Shown: in pieces, positions 47,265 to 60,744 of the stretch
Layout: every line of letters begins with the position of its first letter
How positions within the stretch are numbered: position 1 is the first letter of the stretch
Assembly: GCA_030704615.1 (NCBI GenBank)
Contig: CM060731.1
Span: 92,008,001-92,072,000, forward strand
Source of the DNA: Takakia lepidozioides
Lineage: Eukaryota > Plantae > Bryophyta
Reading direction: 5' to 3'
DNA length: 64,000 nucleotides
Program-made: the position numbers and the translations under genes
Notes under the pieces: model-generated
What the model saw: the letters and a program-made list of their open reading frames with translations, nothing else
What the model was told of the DNA's origin: nothing
The model's database searches: none

Positions 47265-47705
47265 AATGCATCTCCTATGTCCAGGCCCATCTAAGCCCAA
47301 GTGCAATCTTTTATGTATCCAAGTGCATCTCCCGTGTAGAGGCCCAAGCGTCCACTGTCATTTAAGCCCAAGTGCAATCTCCTATGTATCTAAGTGCGTC
47401 TCATATGTATCCAATGACATCTCCTATATCAAGGCCTATCTAAGCCCCGTGTGCAATCTTTTATGTATCCAAGTGCATCTCCCGTGTAGAGGCTAAGACC
47501 AAGTGCAATTTCTTATATATCCCAATGCGTCTCCTATGTCGAGGCCCAAGTGCGACCTCTAGTGTAGCCTATGCCATTGGCCCATGTGTGAAAAATTGAA
47601 ATCTAAGCCCAAGTGCAATCTTCTATTCATGTATCCAAGTGCATCTCCCATGTAGAGGCCCAAGTGTGACCTCCAGTGTCCACTGCAATCCCCAATGTAT
47701 CCAAA
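47265..47705. repeat. Degenerate minisatellite (CCAAGTGCA(A)TCTCC / TATGTATCC)
   Basis: CCAAGTGC recurs many times at irregular short spacing. Confidence 0.75.
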
Positions 47706-48109
47706 GACCTACTGTTTGGGAGATCTCTATGTCATTGCCCACTTTGCTATTTTTGCAATCTCCCTTGTCGAGGCTTAATATATATTGATATATCCACTTT
47801 GCTGTTTTTCGCGAAATTTCTGACGACCAAAAGTACTTGAAATTCCAAATCTCCCATGTGAAAGGCCAATCACTGCTTTAGGAAAGCCCATTTTGCTATT
47901 TTTCACGAATTTCCAGCGACCCAAAGTACTTGAAATTCCATATCTCCCACACCGCGGGTCCCAAAATCATGAGACCAAGCCGGTGCACCCCTCCTCATCG
48001 AGGGCTCTCCAACGGCACCAAGCACTGGGGCTGGGGCCCGCGGTTTGGGAGATCTCAACGACGCTACAAACAAACAAAACAAAACAATACTCACAGGTGT
48101 GCTCACGTT

Positions 48110-48860
48110 CTATCAACCCCCTCAATACCAGGTGTTCCGGTTATTAACCCTAATATTACAAAAGTAGATACCGACCTGATCAATTTTTTGATACCCTGGT
48201 TGATATCCTTGTACAGATCCTATATACCAGTGTACTAGTGTTGGGTAGTATAGAGCCATCATGATATCAACAGCGGGATATCAAAATTCTATTCTCGGCG
48301 AATACCCGTAAATACTGGGTTAATATCCGCCCCAAACTTAATAACTGGATACATACCCGGACCCACATTTGTTGTAGTTCTGAGAACTGGCAAATATTTA
48401 AAACCAAAAAAAACTTCATACCGAGAACTGGCAGATATTAATTATTAATAATAATACTAATACTAATATCCAACCAACATTGGTACATACCAGTGTTGGA
48501 TTGGTATATAGATGAAGGAAGTTGGTATACGTATTAGATACCAGACCAGTCTGGTATCATTTGGGAGAATACTTGGTCATATACCAGGCTGATATCAGTT
48601 TTTTCATACCAATCACAATACCAGTACTGTCCCCTGTCTTCCTCATTTACTCTGGTATGTGTACTATATTAATTTATGTGTACATGTGCCTACATACTTG
48701 TACTTATATATATTTACTTCTTTATGTATATTTTATTTGTTTTCACTTGATACTTGTTATTTGATAACCTTGTAATTCAAGATGGCTTGGTCTGGTTGTT
48801 GATATCTCATACCAGCTGGTATTGTGGTCATGATACTCATACTTACACCAATATCTGGAA
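48110..48860. mobile_element. ATACC/GGTAT-rich hAT-like non-autonomous element(s), related to 27465-28175
   Basis: CAGTGTTGG at 48491 and TAGTGTTGG at 48236, with dense ATACC(A/C) motifs. Confidence 0.4.
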
Positions 48861-49699
48861 AAATAAAATAAAATACATCCGCCTCTCTTACCAACCCACT
48901 ATCAACATAAAATACGCAGCTCACCATACCATACACTACTTAAAGTTCGCAATTGGATTCAAAGCCACATAGGTGTATATTCAATATTGGCACCTATTAT
49001 GGCCAACCTAGCTATAACAAGGAGGTACCTAGTTCAACTTGTTACTTCAATTTGTGGATACATATGGACTTTTGAGTCCCTGGAGAAGGATGGACAATTG
49101 CATTGTCTCAGTTACAGCTCATATAAGATGTCCGCTTTTCAAACATAAGGTAGTGGGCTCAAAGAATATGTCCACTTTTTTAAACATAAGGTATTGGACC
49201 TTGTGATGCCAGGATCCTGCCATTTGGTTCTGACATACCTTTTATGGTGCCGCCGGATATAATGTAGAGAATGTTGGAAGCTACTCTCTCCTTATATTCT
49301 AGACATACCGTTACAATACCCTTCAATGCTTTATATCGTTAACTCTTGGCCCCATGCCTAGCTGTGCCTGCCTGACGATGGGCCAATAGCGCCTCGCCAG
49401 GTGGTGATGACTTGGATATGACGTGGCTGCTCAATAAAAGGCTTTCGGGAAAAGGAATGCGGGCGGTATTTTGGTGGACAGACTGTATACAAGGGTGACA
49501 AGGGAGAGCGCTATAGGCATACTGGTGTAGCAGAGTCAGGGACGGATGTGTTGTGTTGCGTGTATGCCATACGTTCGTGGCGTCTGTCTGTCGGTCCTCT
49601 GCCAGTGATGCCCTCCTCATTGTGAAGTTCACTTACTCGAGTTACATCCCCCCATTTTGTGCTTACTGTTCTCTCCCGCTTTTTTTTGCTTGAAAATGA

Positions 49700-50450
49700 G
49701 AATTCTTAAGGTCTTGAGAAGGAACAATTACATGATGCTCACAAACAGCAGCTCTACCAAATGCAAGTTCAGCACGAGGAAGCACTTGCAACAGAGAAAA
49801 CAGTTAATGTTGGGTTGGCAGCAACCAACCAAAAACTTGCCACTGCAATTCGCCACCCTAACGGCTAACCTGGAACTAGCTGATGAGGAAATCAAGAAGA
49901 AAATTGGGCTCTGTGCATGGGTAGAGGCAGAGGCACAAGAACAGGGAAGACTCATTGCTGACATGAAAAATACTCTTTGTCGCAATGAGGATACCATCCA
50001 GCAGTTGAAGCGCCTCAATGAGGGAAAAGACCAACAACTTTTAGAGTTGCATCAAAAGGTCACAGTGAAGGACAACGAACTCTCTGTAACTGGAAGAGCA
50101 TGGATGGAAGCCAACAACATGTCAGCTGCCTATGCAGCCCTAGTAGATCCTCATATGAAGAGAATGGAGAGTTTACAACAACAGTTGGAGGCATACGAGC
50201 TCAAGGAGGAGCAGGATATGCGGAGTGCTACACAGAAATTGTCTTGACGACCATCTCTTACAGGTGTGGTTGACACAAGGACTAGTGGAGGGAAAAGCAC
50301 CTAGGAAGTTGATTCAGGATGAGATGAAGGATCTCAGACAACGGGTGCAAAATATTGCCACGGTAACCCAGTGGCTGTATAAGCTGGGTGAGGTTCGTGA
50401 TGTGTCGTCCTTTAAAGTAGTTGATGATGGGCGTCAAACATTATTATAAC
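49700..50450 (+). pseudogene. Decayed coiled-coil ORF fragments, probably TE-derived
   Basis: E/Q/K/L-rich heptad-like ORFs (49657-50247, 50225-50449), broken by frame changes and embedded among repeats. Confidence 0.3.
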
Positions 50451-51544
50451 AGTCATCATTCCAAGCATCTCCAAGTTTTTCTTCTCACATTCGAAAAAAA
50501 ACAAAAGCCGCAACGTGAAGTGGCTTTTAATTACGTCGGCTATGGCCGAAGTCTTTTCTTTCTGTCCCTCTTCAACACATATATATTTTGCATACATAAT
50601 CACCAAGGCAATAAATAGGTCAATATACTCAATATAACATCAGTCAAGATACACATAATATATATATATATCAAAATAAATGGTATACAAAGAAAAAACA
50701 ATTACAAATGAGATTTCATGTGTACCTATATGTAATTAATCAAGTTATAGAAAGCAACATAGACAACCACTGTTGGTAAAACAATGTATTTTCATTCAAT
50801 CTATGAATTATTATGCGATTTTCTTTTGCATATGGAGAGTCATCATTTATATTTAGGTCACCATAAGCAAAGAGAGAGCACTTTAGCGTAAGTAAGAGCC
50901 ACTTCGCCTTGCAGCTAGTGTCTCCTTGTAGGGGTGGGCCCTATGAAGAAAGTGGGCCCGTATCCAAGGTACGTAGGATACCAAGGGTGGATATGCCACC
51001 ATAAAATAGTTTTGTATCCAACCATACCAAATTATTATAGTATACAAATTTTCAGTCAATACTCTTACAGAGGTATCATCTAGAAGTAGAAACTATGTTT
51101 GTGGGTATGCCAAAGGCATGTCACACTCTTATCAATCAATATTCTTATAGAGGTATCATCTTGAAAATGAATCAATGTTTGTTTCCCCTCTCCTGGAGGT
51201 ATATCAAACTCATATCCATTAACACTCCAATAGAGGTACCATATCATACAATTTGCTCGATTATACATAACGTTTCATATCATGCCCCATCAGAAGTGAT
51301 TTGACAACGTCAAGAAATAGGATGGTAAGCATAGGCGGTCTCGATTTTTTTTCTCACATTATATATTAGTGTGTCATTGAACCGTTCGCTTTTATTTCTT
51401 CAATAACAGCCGCCAGGGCTGACTGTTCTATCTTTTTAGTTTCTATTTTTATGTATCAAGAATAAATAGATAAGACAAAATAAAGAAAACAAAACGACAG
51501 AAGTTAAATTAAAAATAAAACAGAATATTCAGTAAAACAATAAA

Positions 51545-52625
51545 ATCCAGGATGACCGTTGTGACAACTGTCTCCCGGGAAAGAGCCCACGGGAAAGAAA
51601 TCATTTAAATATTATAAGCTGAAAAAGCAAATCAGGGCGACCGGGAAAGAGCGGCGGCTACTACGGTCGCTTGGAAAAAAAGAGAGACAAAAACAAAAAG
51701 GATTTAAATAGAGTACTAAATCTGAGCGACCGCTGCCCGAGAAAGAGCGTCTGCTGTGCCGCGGTCGCACGAGAAAACAAAAATTAAAAAAATAATTAAA
51801 AAGTAAACAGTAAAATTAAAACAAAAACAAAAACAAAAAATCCGAGCGACCGCTGTACCACAGCGGTCGCCTGGGAAGGTGCGTCTGCCACTGCAAAGTC
51901 GCATGGGGAAACCAAAAAAAAAAAAAAAAAAAAAAGAAGAGAAAAACACGAAATTAAATTTAAAATAAGGGACCGCTGGGGGACCGTTGTGGCAACTGTA
52001 ACCTGGGATAAAGCGTCTGCTGCGCCTGACAAAATAAAAAAATAAAAAATATTATTCGAAATTAAATAGTAAAAATAAAATAAAAACAAAAACAAGAAAT
52101 CCAGGCGACCGCTGTGACAGCGGTCGCCTCGGAAAGTGCGTCTGCCGCTGCAAAGTCGCATGGGGAAACCAAAAAAAGAAAAAAAAAGAAAGAAAGAGAA
52201 AAACACGAAATTAAATTTAAAATAAGGGACCGCTGCGGGACTGCTGTGGACCGCTGGGGGACCGTTGTGGCAACTGTCACCTGGGATAAAGCGTCTGCTG
52301 CGCCTGACAAAATAAAAAAATAAAAAATATTATTCGAAGTTAAATAGTAAAATAAAAATAAAAACAAAAACAAGAAATCCAGGCGACCGCTGTTACAGCG
52401 GTCGCCTCGGAAAGTGCGTCTGCTGCTGCAGAGTCGCATGGGGAAATAAGAAAAAAAACAAAAACGAAATTAAAATTAAAATAAGGGACCGCTGTCGGAC
52501 CGATGTGGACCGCTGGGGGACGGCTGAGAAAAACAGCATATAAAAAATATTATTCAAAATTAAGTAGTAAGATTAAAATAAAAACAAAAAAAATCCCAGG
52601 CGACCGCTGTGGCGATAGCCTGGGA
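51545..52625. repeat. ~260-280-bp tandem repeat with GGCGACCGCTGT-N-ACAGCGGTCGCC palindromes and A-tracts
   Basis: Palindromes at 52103-52129 and ~52381-52407. Near-identical blocks run ~51950-52200 and ~52200-52480. Confidence 0.85.
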
Positions 52626-54283
52626 AATAATAATAATAAGTTAAATAATTTTTTAACTAAATAATTCATAAAAACAGATAAAAAGAATTAAAATAAAAAA
52701 AACAAAATGAATGTTCAGGAAAAATAAAACAAAATTATAAAATGTTCTGGTACATGTTTATGTTCCATGTATATGCCTGAATGTACATGTATATACAAGT
52801 GGGTTTTTATTTTTATTAGTGGATGTTATGAATAACAACGTGTTAACAACCAGTAGTGGTTGTTAAACAAGTATGAAAGCATATTTGGAAGATGCTTTAA
52901 AGAGAAGCATATTTGGGAAGATGCTTTGGTTTGAAGCATCTTTTGGCGCGTGGCGTTGATGTATTGAAGGGTGTAGATGTGGTCAAATGGTACACACTTA
53001 GTGAATACTTTCTTACCACATCTACACCCATAACAAACCCTGTCACACTCATAACAACTCGTTGTGAAGAACATCGCGTTGATGTTGTTATGGGTGTGAG
53101 AGGGTTTGTTAGGGGTGTGACAGGGACAGCGACGGGGCGGAACAGGGACAGGGTTTGTGGTCAAAAAGTACAGCGGTACTTCCAAACAATCATGAAGATT
53201 GGTGGTGTGAATAATTTTCTCCTCTCAGTATAATTAAGGGGCCTGCCTTGTGAGCCGTCGCTCCCAGGTGTTTCCCTTTCTCATAAAAATTTTCAAAAAA
53301 AAGTTTTAAGTCACTTTTCAGTTGGCAATGGCTCAGCTATGCTTCTACATATCAACTACCATCCAGTTATCGTCAATCATGACAAAGATTACATATGTGT
53401 GATGACATCCATCCACTGCGTATGTGAGATTACACTTGTGCGTTGACCAGGGAGACACCAACGAGCATTATAGATGAGAAGCTAATGTGAGGTGCAGAAA
53501 ATTGGGATTAGTCCTATGGAATGGAAAGCTAGAAATATCAAACTTGGTGCACTAGATTTGCAACAACCATGGCATGCTCAACCAACTCTTCAAATGCTGC
53601 ATGTTTACCTTAAGTTCAAGGAAGAGTTTTTCCCCACCATACTACTTGCAACACCAGTGCTTCATTAGATTTATACACCAGTCTCTCAATATAATTAGTC
53701 TTTGACTCTGATTATTAGCAGATGGAAGATGCAGATGCATTATAGGATGTGTGTGCTGACAGGAAACTTGATACTCGGCATCATCCAATTCTCTCTATAC
53801 ATCGAAAGACAGTATTTTTTTATTATCAGGAATTGGAGAAGCATGACATTCCACACTCAAAGCACATCAACAAAGCACATCAACAAAGCTGTTTTTACTC
53901 AATAGAGCAACTTTGCTGCATTTTGTCAGTTGTCTCATCCATGGATAAAAGTTTTCCCGTTAAAAGTCTTAGTGATCCATGGTGATGGGAGCTGTCCAAA
54001 GCTTCTATCTAACTCTGATAGCTCTGAAATTTCCATACCCATAGCTCCCTCACCACAGATGTTCCACTTGATGACTTTAAAACACAACACCTTGATGTAA
54101 TTCATTGCCAACCCCAGACACCTTAATCTGGATGCAAACCAATGAACAAGAAAGCCTGGCCATCTCTCTCATTTACACGCGCCAATCATGCTTCTCCAAG
54201 CAACTTTATGCCCCAAAAAGATGGAAGAGAGCGACTGAAGGGCAGAAAAATTAGACAAAAATTCAGCAAGACAAATAGATCTC

Positions 54284-56652
54284 TCAGTAAGGAACCACAT
54301 ACGGCAAGGCGTATATGTCGACCGATGGCAAATAAACTGCCTCAGCCCAAACCTGCAAATTGGGCCCCTCTGGCCCCCCGTCCACCTCCGCCTTTGGCTT
54401 CGAGTGGGACTGGAGGGGCTTTCGAGCAAACAACCAATCCTCGTCTGCTGTAGCTGACCAGGTGTCAGGCTGCGGAAGCACGGGCATCTCACAAGCAGAA
54501 GAAGAAGGCAAATTGGGTGCCTTTTGCTGTCTTTGTGAGACTACATTATTGCTAGGCAATGAAGGGGGAATGATATTACTAGGTTTACTCGGTGCAGGTG
54601 GAGCAGGAAGGCTACTGCTAATCTTGGGTTGCAAAACTATGGGCGGCTTGGGATCAACCTTGCCATTGGATTCTTGTTTAATATTGTACAATTGATGGCC
54701 GGAAACAGTGAGGGGCCTCTCAGACAAGCCCCTGGCTGGGGTCTTCCCTCCATCCCTGGCCTCCCCCTTGGCTAGAGGGCGCTCAACAGCAGCTGATGCC
54801 TGTAACTCCCCCCGCACTCTCCCATTCTGTTTCTCTTCTTTGGAGTGGTGGTGGAGCAGGTCGTTGACCAGAGCAGTCCGCTGGAGCTTACTGGACCGCA
54901 AGGAGTCCTTGTCTGTAATCACAGGCAAGCGTGGATCCATGCCCAGCCCCAATCACGCCGTAGTTTGTTAAGAACGCGCAGGAAGGCAGGTGTCATTACG
55001 GACTTGCAGAGGGAGGGAGGGGGAGAGGGAGAACACTCTCCTTGTCTGAAGTGCCAACACTGTTTTCCAAACAAAGATGGAGAAGAAGAGAAAGAAAGAA
55101 AGAAGAGAGAGAGAGAGAGTGTCTGCTGCATGGCTTGTCAAAATTGATTTGACCTGGAAAGACCAAAGACAGAGTGCTTTGCTCAAAGCACAAACATTCC
55201 TTTGCAGAAGACAGTGCACCACAATCTGGGAAGAAAAACCTTAGAAATAACGCTAAAGCTGACCCTGATGCGACAGTGGGTATGTAGTGAGCATGATAGG
55301 AGATGCAGAGATGGCAGGTGGACCACCTTGTTACAGACCAAACTGAGACACCCCACATTTCTTTTCTGTGCAACAATTATAATTGGGCAAAACTCAGTTG
55401 GAGGGCAAACTCTCCCTCCCCCTCCCTTTGTAGCTGAAAGGCAGGACAAGAGAGCGCAAGGCTCACCCACTTGGCCACTAAAATGGCACAAGACTTTTTT
55501 ATTCCCTCGAGAAAACCTCCCCAAAAGCAAAAAAGAACATGCACCATTCCTCACCACAATGGAGCTACATGCTTGGACACACCAGGCAAGAGCCCACGTT
55601 GCAGCCTTTGAATGACACCACCTTAAAACCCATCAAGATCCTAAGTGGACAAGTCCTAAAGAGAGGACAGAAGGAAGCAGAAAGGGTAGGAGGGTAGCAG
55701 GAGTAACTTACCATGGGCATCCCCATTTGTATCACCCTCCTTTTTCTTCTTCTTCTTCTTGTCTTTGTGTTTGTGCCGATCTTTCTGGATGACCTTTTCA
55801 AAAAGAAGAATCGTCAACATCATTTCGGGTGTGTGTATGGGACACAAAAAGAAAACTCACAAAAAATATCACGTATCCCTGCGAAGCTTCAAACTAGTAA
55901 ACCAAGCAAAATGCTCTACCTATTCAAATTGCTAACTGAATATGTTCAAACGATGGCCTTCTATGAAGGTTACAACTCTTTCTGAAGAAAACACCCTTGT
56001 GAAGCAGGTGGGAGATGTACGCATTCCAGTTTTAGGCTCTCATATTAACACCTCACACTGCAATTGAAGAGGTAGGCCACAGTTTCTAACCAAGGCATCG
56101 TGAGCTGAAACCAAAACCACGCTCTGCATAGTACGCGACTCTGGTCAGGAGGAGCTATAACTCAGACCACTGTCCCTTTTGGTGCCAGAAATTCAAAGTT
56201 GGGGATGGAAAGACCGGAAGAGGACTGCGTAGTTTGACATGGAGATGTCTACCGACTGAATGAGAGAAGATAGAGGACTGTCAATCGAGTGGTAAAAGAG
56301 CTGAGTTCTAAGTAGGGGTTCCACTTCACAGAATAATCAAGGCTCTCCTTGTTTTCAGAGAGTTTCAAAGCCATACTGAAGCTGCAAAGTACTGGAGTTT
56401 CAGAAAGAGCCCCAATTCACCCATGAACATTTCACCATGTCAACGGTATGGCATAGCAGGCGAGTTGCAGGATGCCCAATTAGCCCGTCCCAAAAACATA
56501 CATCTGGACAAGGCGTTGAAGAAAGCCCAAACTAAGATTTTTACACCAACGGGGAGATGAAGAGGACAAACCTTGGTGGGCACCACAAGATCAGGGAGTT
56601 GTTGTGGCTTCTTCTCGTATCCCGGAGGTGGATATGGAAAGCAGCGTGACAT
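54284..56652 (-). CDS. Plant-specific uncharacterised protein (MSRCFP(F/Y)PPPGY...EDWLF...ALPYVVPY family); exons 56652-56572, 55793-55712, 54912-54284
   Basis: Conserved N-terminus MSRCFPYPPPGYEKK, a lysine-rich segment, and C-terminus DEDWLF...QVWAEAVYLPSVDIYALPYVVPY*. GT-AG introns are in phase. Confidence 0.88.
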
Positions 56653-58398
56653 AGCGCTGAACACTTTGGCGAGTGAGTGCGTGTGCAGGCAGAAAAGATG
56701 TCAGAGGTTCACGGCAGCAAGCAGAGCGCCACGACCCGGTGAAGGGAGGCGTACCCCGCCACCACCGCTGCACCATGTCACTGCATTCAACCCCGCTCCT
56801 TGGCTCTCTCTTCCTTGCTAACCACCCTTTCTCTGTGTCGTCTTTTTCCCAACTTATTTCTCTCACCCTTTACTCCCCCTCTTTCACAATGTCGGACAGC
56901 TCAGGCTTGGTAGGCGACTCGTACCTAGATGACAAATCTCTTCTCGAATTTGATCTCCTCTCTCTCTCCTACCTGTCTTTCCACCATCTATCCCATTACC
57001 AAAGCATCGCTTCACAACATTGTCTCTTTCGACATTCAATTGACCTCTAAGTAAACCCTATTCCAGCAACAAACCTTCTTTAGGGTACTCAATGATCATC
57101 CACAAATAGATCCGAAGTATGAGAAACCTTACAGCTTAGCTATGGCCACATAATTGCTGCAAACAGAACCAGATTCGAGGAGCCTACATTGCTCGATCGT
57201 GGTATCATACTCTTTCCCCAGTGCGTAAGGCTGTTTCTGTGGCAAACCAATGACTGCAGAGGAGCAATACTGTTCCTGTAATTCTTTTGTCAAACCTTGT
57301 GATCCCGCTCACAGATTCAGTCCGCGAACTAGAAATTTTCCGCGTTTCCTACAAACATCAAAATTGTCTACAACCACACTGCCTGAACGGCTTCTGCAAA
57401 ACCTGCAGCAAAATGACAGCTTGAGGCTACTTGAGGGCCGATTTTGATGCTCTTCTCCAGCCCGCCCAAACCACACCGGGCTTGATGAATTCAACTAGTT
57501 TGATGGAGCTAACAAAAGGCTTTAGAGTGCTACGATGACCGCTCAACCTGAAACCGACCGAGGATCTAGCATGGTGTGGTACTCCTGAGATAAACTTCAA
57601 TCCGTCTTACATTCGCAGACAGCGGGATACCACTGCATCGCATATCCTATGAAAAACCCAGGCGTCTTGTCCTTCTTTGCAGAAAACAGAATTCTCATCA
57701 ACCCCACTCCACCCCCAAAAACTAGGGTTGATCAAACTGCTTCTGCACACCTTGATACAAGAGCGGGATTGTGACATATATATGTGTACATATATTCCTA
57801 AGCAACCCGCTTGAGCAACCCGCTTGATTGCTCAAGCTGGACGCACAATCAGGTTGCAATCTGTCCTCGGTGCAAGGGATCACAACCCAACCTGGAGCGC
57901 TGGCTTTGGCGCTGGCCCAGAGAGATTCCGCGGGGCTCCAAGCAACGCAGCGGACAAGCCCGGCATACAACACTACATAGGGCAAGGCCCTCTCCTTGCC
58001 ATCCTCGCTCCACCCCTCCTCTTCTCCGGGTCGAGTCACAGCCTTTTGACTATACCCGTTTATTCACCGGGTTTCTCCTGTCCCAACTAATGTTAACACG
58101 TTAACACTCCCAGGACCCGTGAAACACAGGCTTGCGAAGAGCCGGTGGATTGAACACAGGCCGAGTAAACGGAGGGTCTCAGCGGCTCGGGCCGGCCGAA
58201 GCACATGCCTGGCGGGAATGCAACAGCCCTCGCTGCCCTAATTCCGGCCCAGCCGAAGCCCATTTTCCTAATTTGTTTCTTCCAATTAATTTGTCTGCAT
58301 AAATTATTTGCAATTAATAATATTTGAAGATTTTCTGAATATGTATATGTATATTGTCTTCTAAACGATAATATCTGAGTCGGATAAATTTCGCACAT

Positions 58399-58629
58399 CG
58401 GCTGGTAGCTCAGCTGGTAAGTGCACAGTGTGTCGCCCTGGTGGTTCAGGGTTCAAACCCGCTGCCCTGCGCCGTGTGTGGGATTGTTTGTGATGGTATG
58501 TCTGGGCGTTGATCGTCCTGTAGGCCTCATGGCCCATAAATGAAAGGGGGTTAATTTTTCCCCCTCCTCAAGGGCCTGAATTGAGGGCTGTCGCTCCCAG
58601 GTTTCCTTTAAAAAAAATATAAAAAAAAA
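58399..58629 (+). mobile_element. tRNA-derived SINE
   Basis: A box TAGCTCAGCTGG (58406-58417), B box GGTTCAAAC (58450-58458) and an A-rich tail. Its 3' segment GGGCCTG...GTCGCTCCCAG recurs at ~53238-53278 and ~58712-58751. Confidence 0.75.
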
Positions 58630-59573
58630 TTGATTATCCTAAAATGAGATTTGTTATTTTTTCCTCTTTTTTTTCTGTTTTTTCAAAAAAGGGAAACACC
58701 TCTCACTATCAAGGGGCCTGATTTGTGAGCTGTCGCTCCCAGTTGTTTCCCATTTTTGTTTTAAGGAGAGATTTAATCAATAAATCAAATTACAGGTGAG
58801 TTTGAGCTGTATGTAACGGCCGCATTGTCGGCGCACTGATGGGCGCCTCATACTTGGGCGCACGCTTTCTTATGCTTTTTACTTTTGTCGCACACAGTTC
58901 TCCGATAGCCAGGATTTGAACCCAGGATCACCTGGGTGGCGCTTTGTACTTTGTACCCTGGTGACTAAGAACAGATGAGGACTTTAATTCTTTTCCTGCA
59001 ATAATTCTTCCACCGCCCCCTTTGGAACGAAAGGAAAAAGAGAGAAAGAAAATATACTTAAAGTATAAATTATTCTGTAAATATCGAAGGTCCAATACAT
59101 TTTTGTTTTTTCAAAAGATCGTATTTCATCAGGTCAGAGCGACGGGTCCGACGGGCGAGGGTGACCCGGCCCGCTATTCCCAGACTCCCCCCTATCAAAA
59201 TGAAAGCGCGCCACGATCTTGGCGGGCCTGCGGGGGAGAATGGAGGAGGCGAGAGCGTCGTGGTCGTCCAGTGCAGGAGAGACATTTAGCGCTGGGTCGC
59301 TGGAAAAGTTTTGATGCGGGATCTATCGAAAGAAGCATCGCCAGATGCTCTGTTTAGCCAGTTTGAGTGTGACCTGCAATTTTATGGTCAAGTGGGTTGT
59401 GGAGCGGAGTGTAAAGGATGCTGGTGAAGTAGATCTGGATGCATCGATCTGGTCGAGTGTGACTAGGTCATCAAGTTTTGTGTTGGTGTTTGTATCGATG
59501 GCTTGTGAGGAAGCTCCAGTGTAGATCGTGGCTAGCTCTCTCCCACGTGTGCAAATTTGTGGGTTTAAGAAGA

Positions 59574-60341
59574 ATGAGTTCGGGGGCATTGAGAAGAAGA
59601 CTTCATCATGGAGATGTTGGTGGCAAGAAGTACGATAGAGTGGATGCAACAGGCTCGCCCGCTTTAAACGAGCCGCTTCTCGAACATGACGCCTATGAAG
59701 ACTCTCGCCAATCATCTGTGAGTCAATTGTTGTTACAACTTCCTCTGAACTCCCAAAAGCCGAACGAGTGGTGGTGCAAACCAAACAGAGTTTCTCTTGT
59801 TGGGGGGTGGGGTAACTGTATTTCTGAAGTTGCTGCAAAATTCTGAAGTTTCCCACCGCCGAGATTTTAGGGTTTCATTTGAACTGCTCAGTGAAGATGA
59901 ACAGAGCGATAGAGATGATTTTTCAGAAGATGGATACAGAATGAGTATTCTTCCTTCCAATTATGTGGAGGTTTCGATGTTTACTGGCACTGAACAATTT
60001 AGTCCTCAACCTAATCTCTATGAACACCCCAGCTGGCCCTGTCCTCTTGGGAATGATAATAATACGGAGATTGCTAGTCAAGAGAAAGAAATGCTGGCAG
60101 GTGGAAGAAGGCAGGGTGGCTCACTTTTTGGCGCTGGCGCGATGTTGTCTACTATGGACTATGGCGATGGCCCAGCTGTGTACACCAAGGCTTTGGTCCA
60201 CCCTCTGGTTTTTCGTAAATCTGGTTCCCTCTGCTGTTCAGGTTGATGAAGATGATGACGACTGGAGGGACAGAAGAAGGGAAGAGCAAGCCTGGTCAGA
60301 GATCTTCTCGAGGTTGATTACACAGTGGGCTCAGTGGTGCT
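59574..60341 (+). CDS. ELMO/CED-12 domain protein (ELMOD-like), first two coding exons (59574-59717, 60242-60341); the gene continues beyond the window
   Basis: MSSGALRRRLHHGDVGGKK...LNEPLL|...W..IFSRLITQWAQW matches my recollection of the N-terminus of one plant ELMOD clade. The ELMO domain itself is not in the window. Confidence 0.7.
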
Positions 60342-60744
60342 GTAAGTACCTTTAACATGCTCCCATGGACAATCACCATGAGGGAGAAACAAAAAACATT
60401 GCTGTAGCTTGGTTAGTGGTACAGCAATAGATAGCAGAAAATGAAGTGTGTCAGCATTTTAAGTACTAGTAACTGCTATCAGTGTGGGATCTTCCATGTT
60501 GAGGACACAAAAGCCCCACACGGAGTTTCTTTAGAATTTTATAGATTCTTAGGCACTTTCTTACAACTTGTATAAGTCGAATGTTGCAGCCAATGCATTC
60601 GTGGGCGGAGGGGCATGGGTGTGTACCAGACTCTTTCGAGTGCTGCTTCACCGTCAACTTAACAGCAGTGGGAGATCGGAGATTTACCTGTCCCCTGTTC
60701 AAGTATGCAGACTGTCCGATGAACATGAATTATGGGATTAAACT

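Noticed and set aside
58399-58475. tRNA gene
   Set aside because: A and B boxes are present, but there is no convincing cloverleaf, and the sequence continues into a repeated body and A-tail typical of a SINE.
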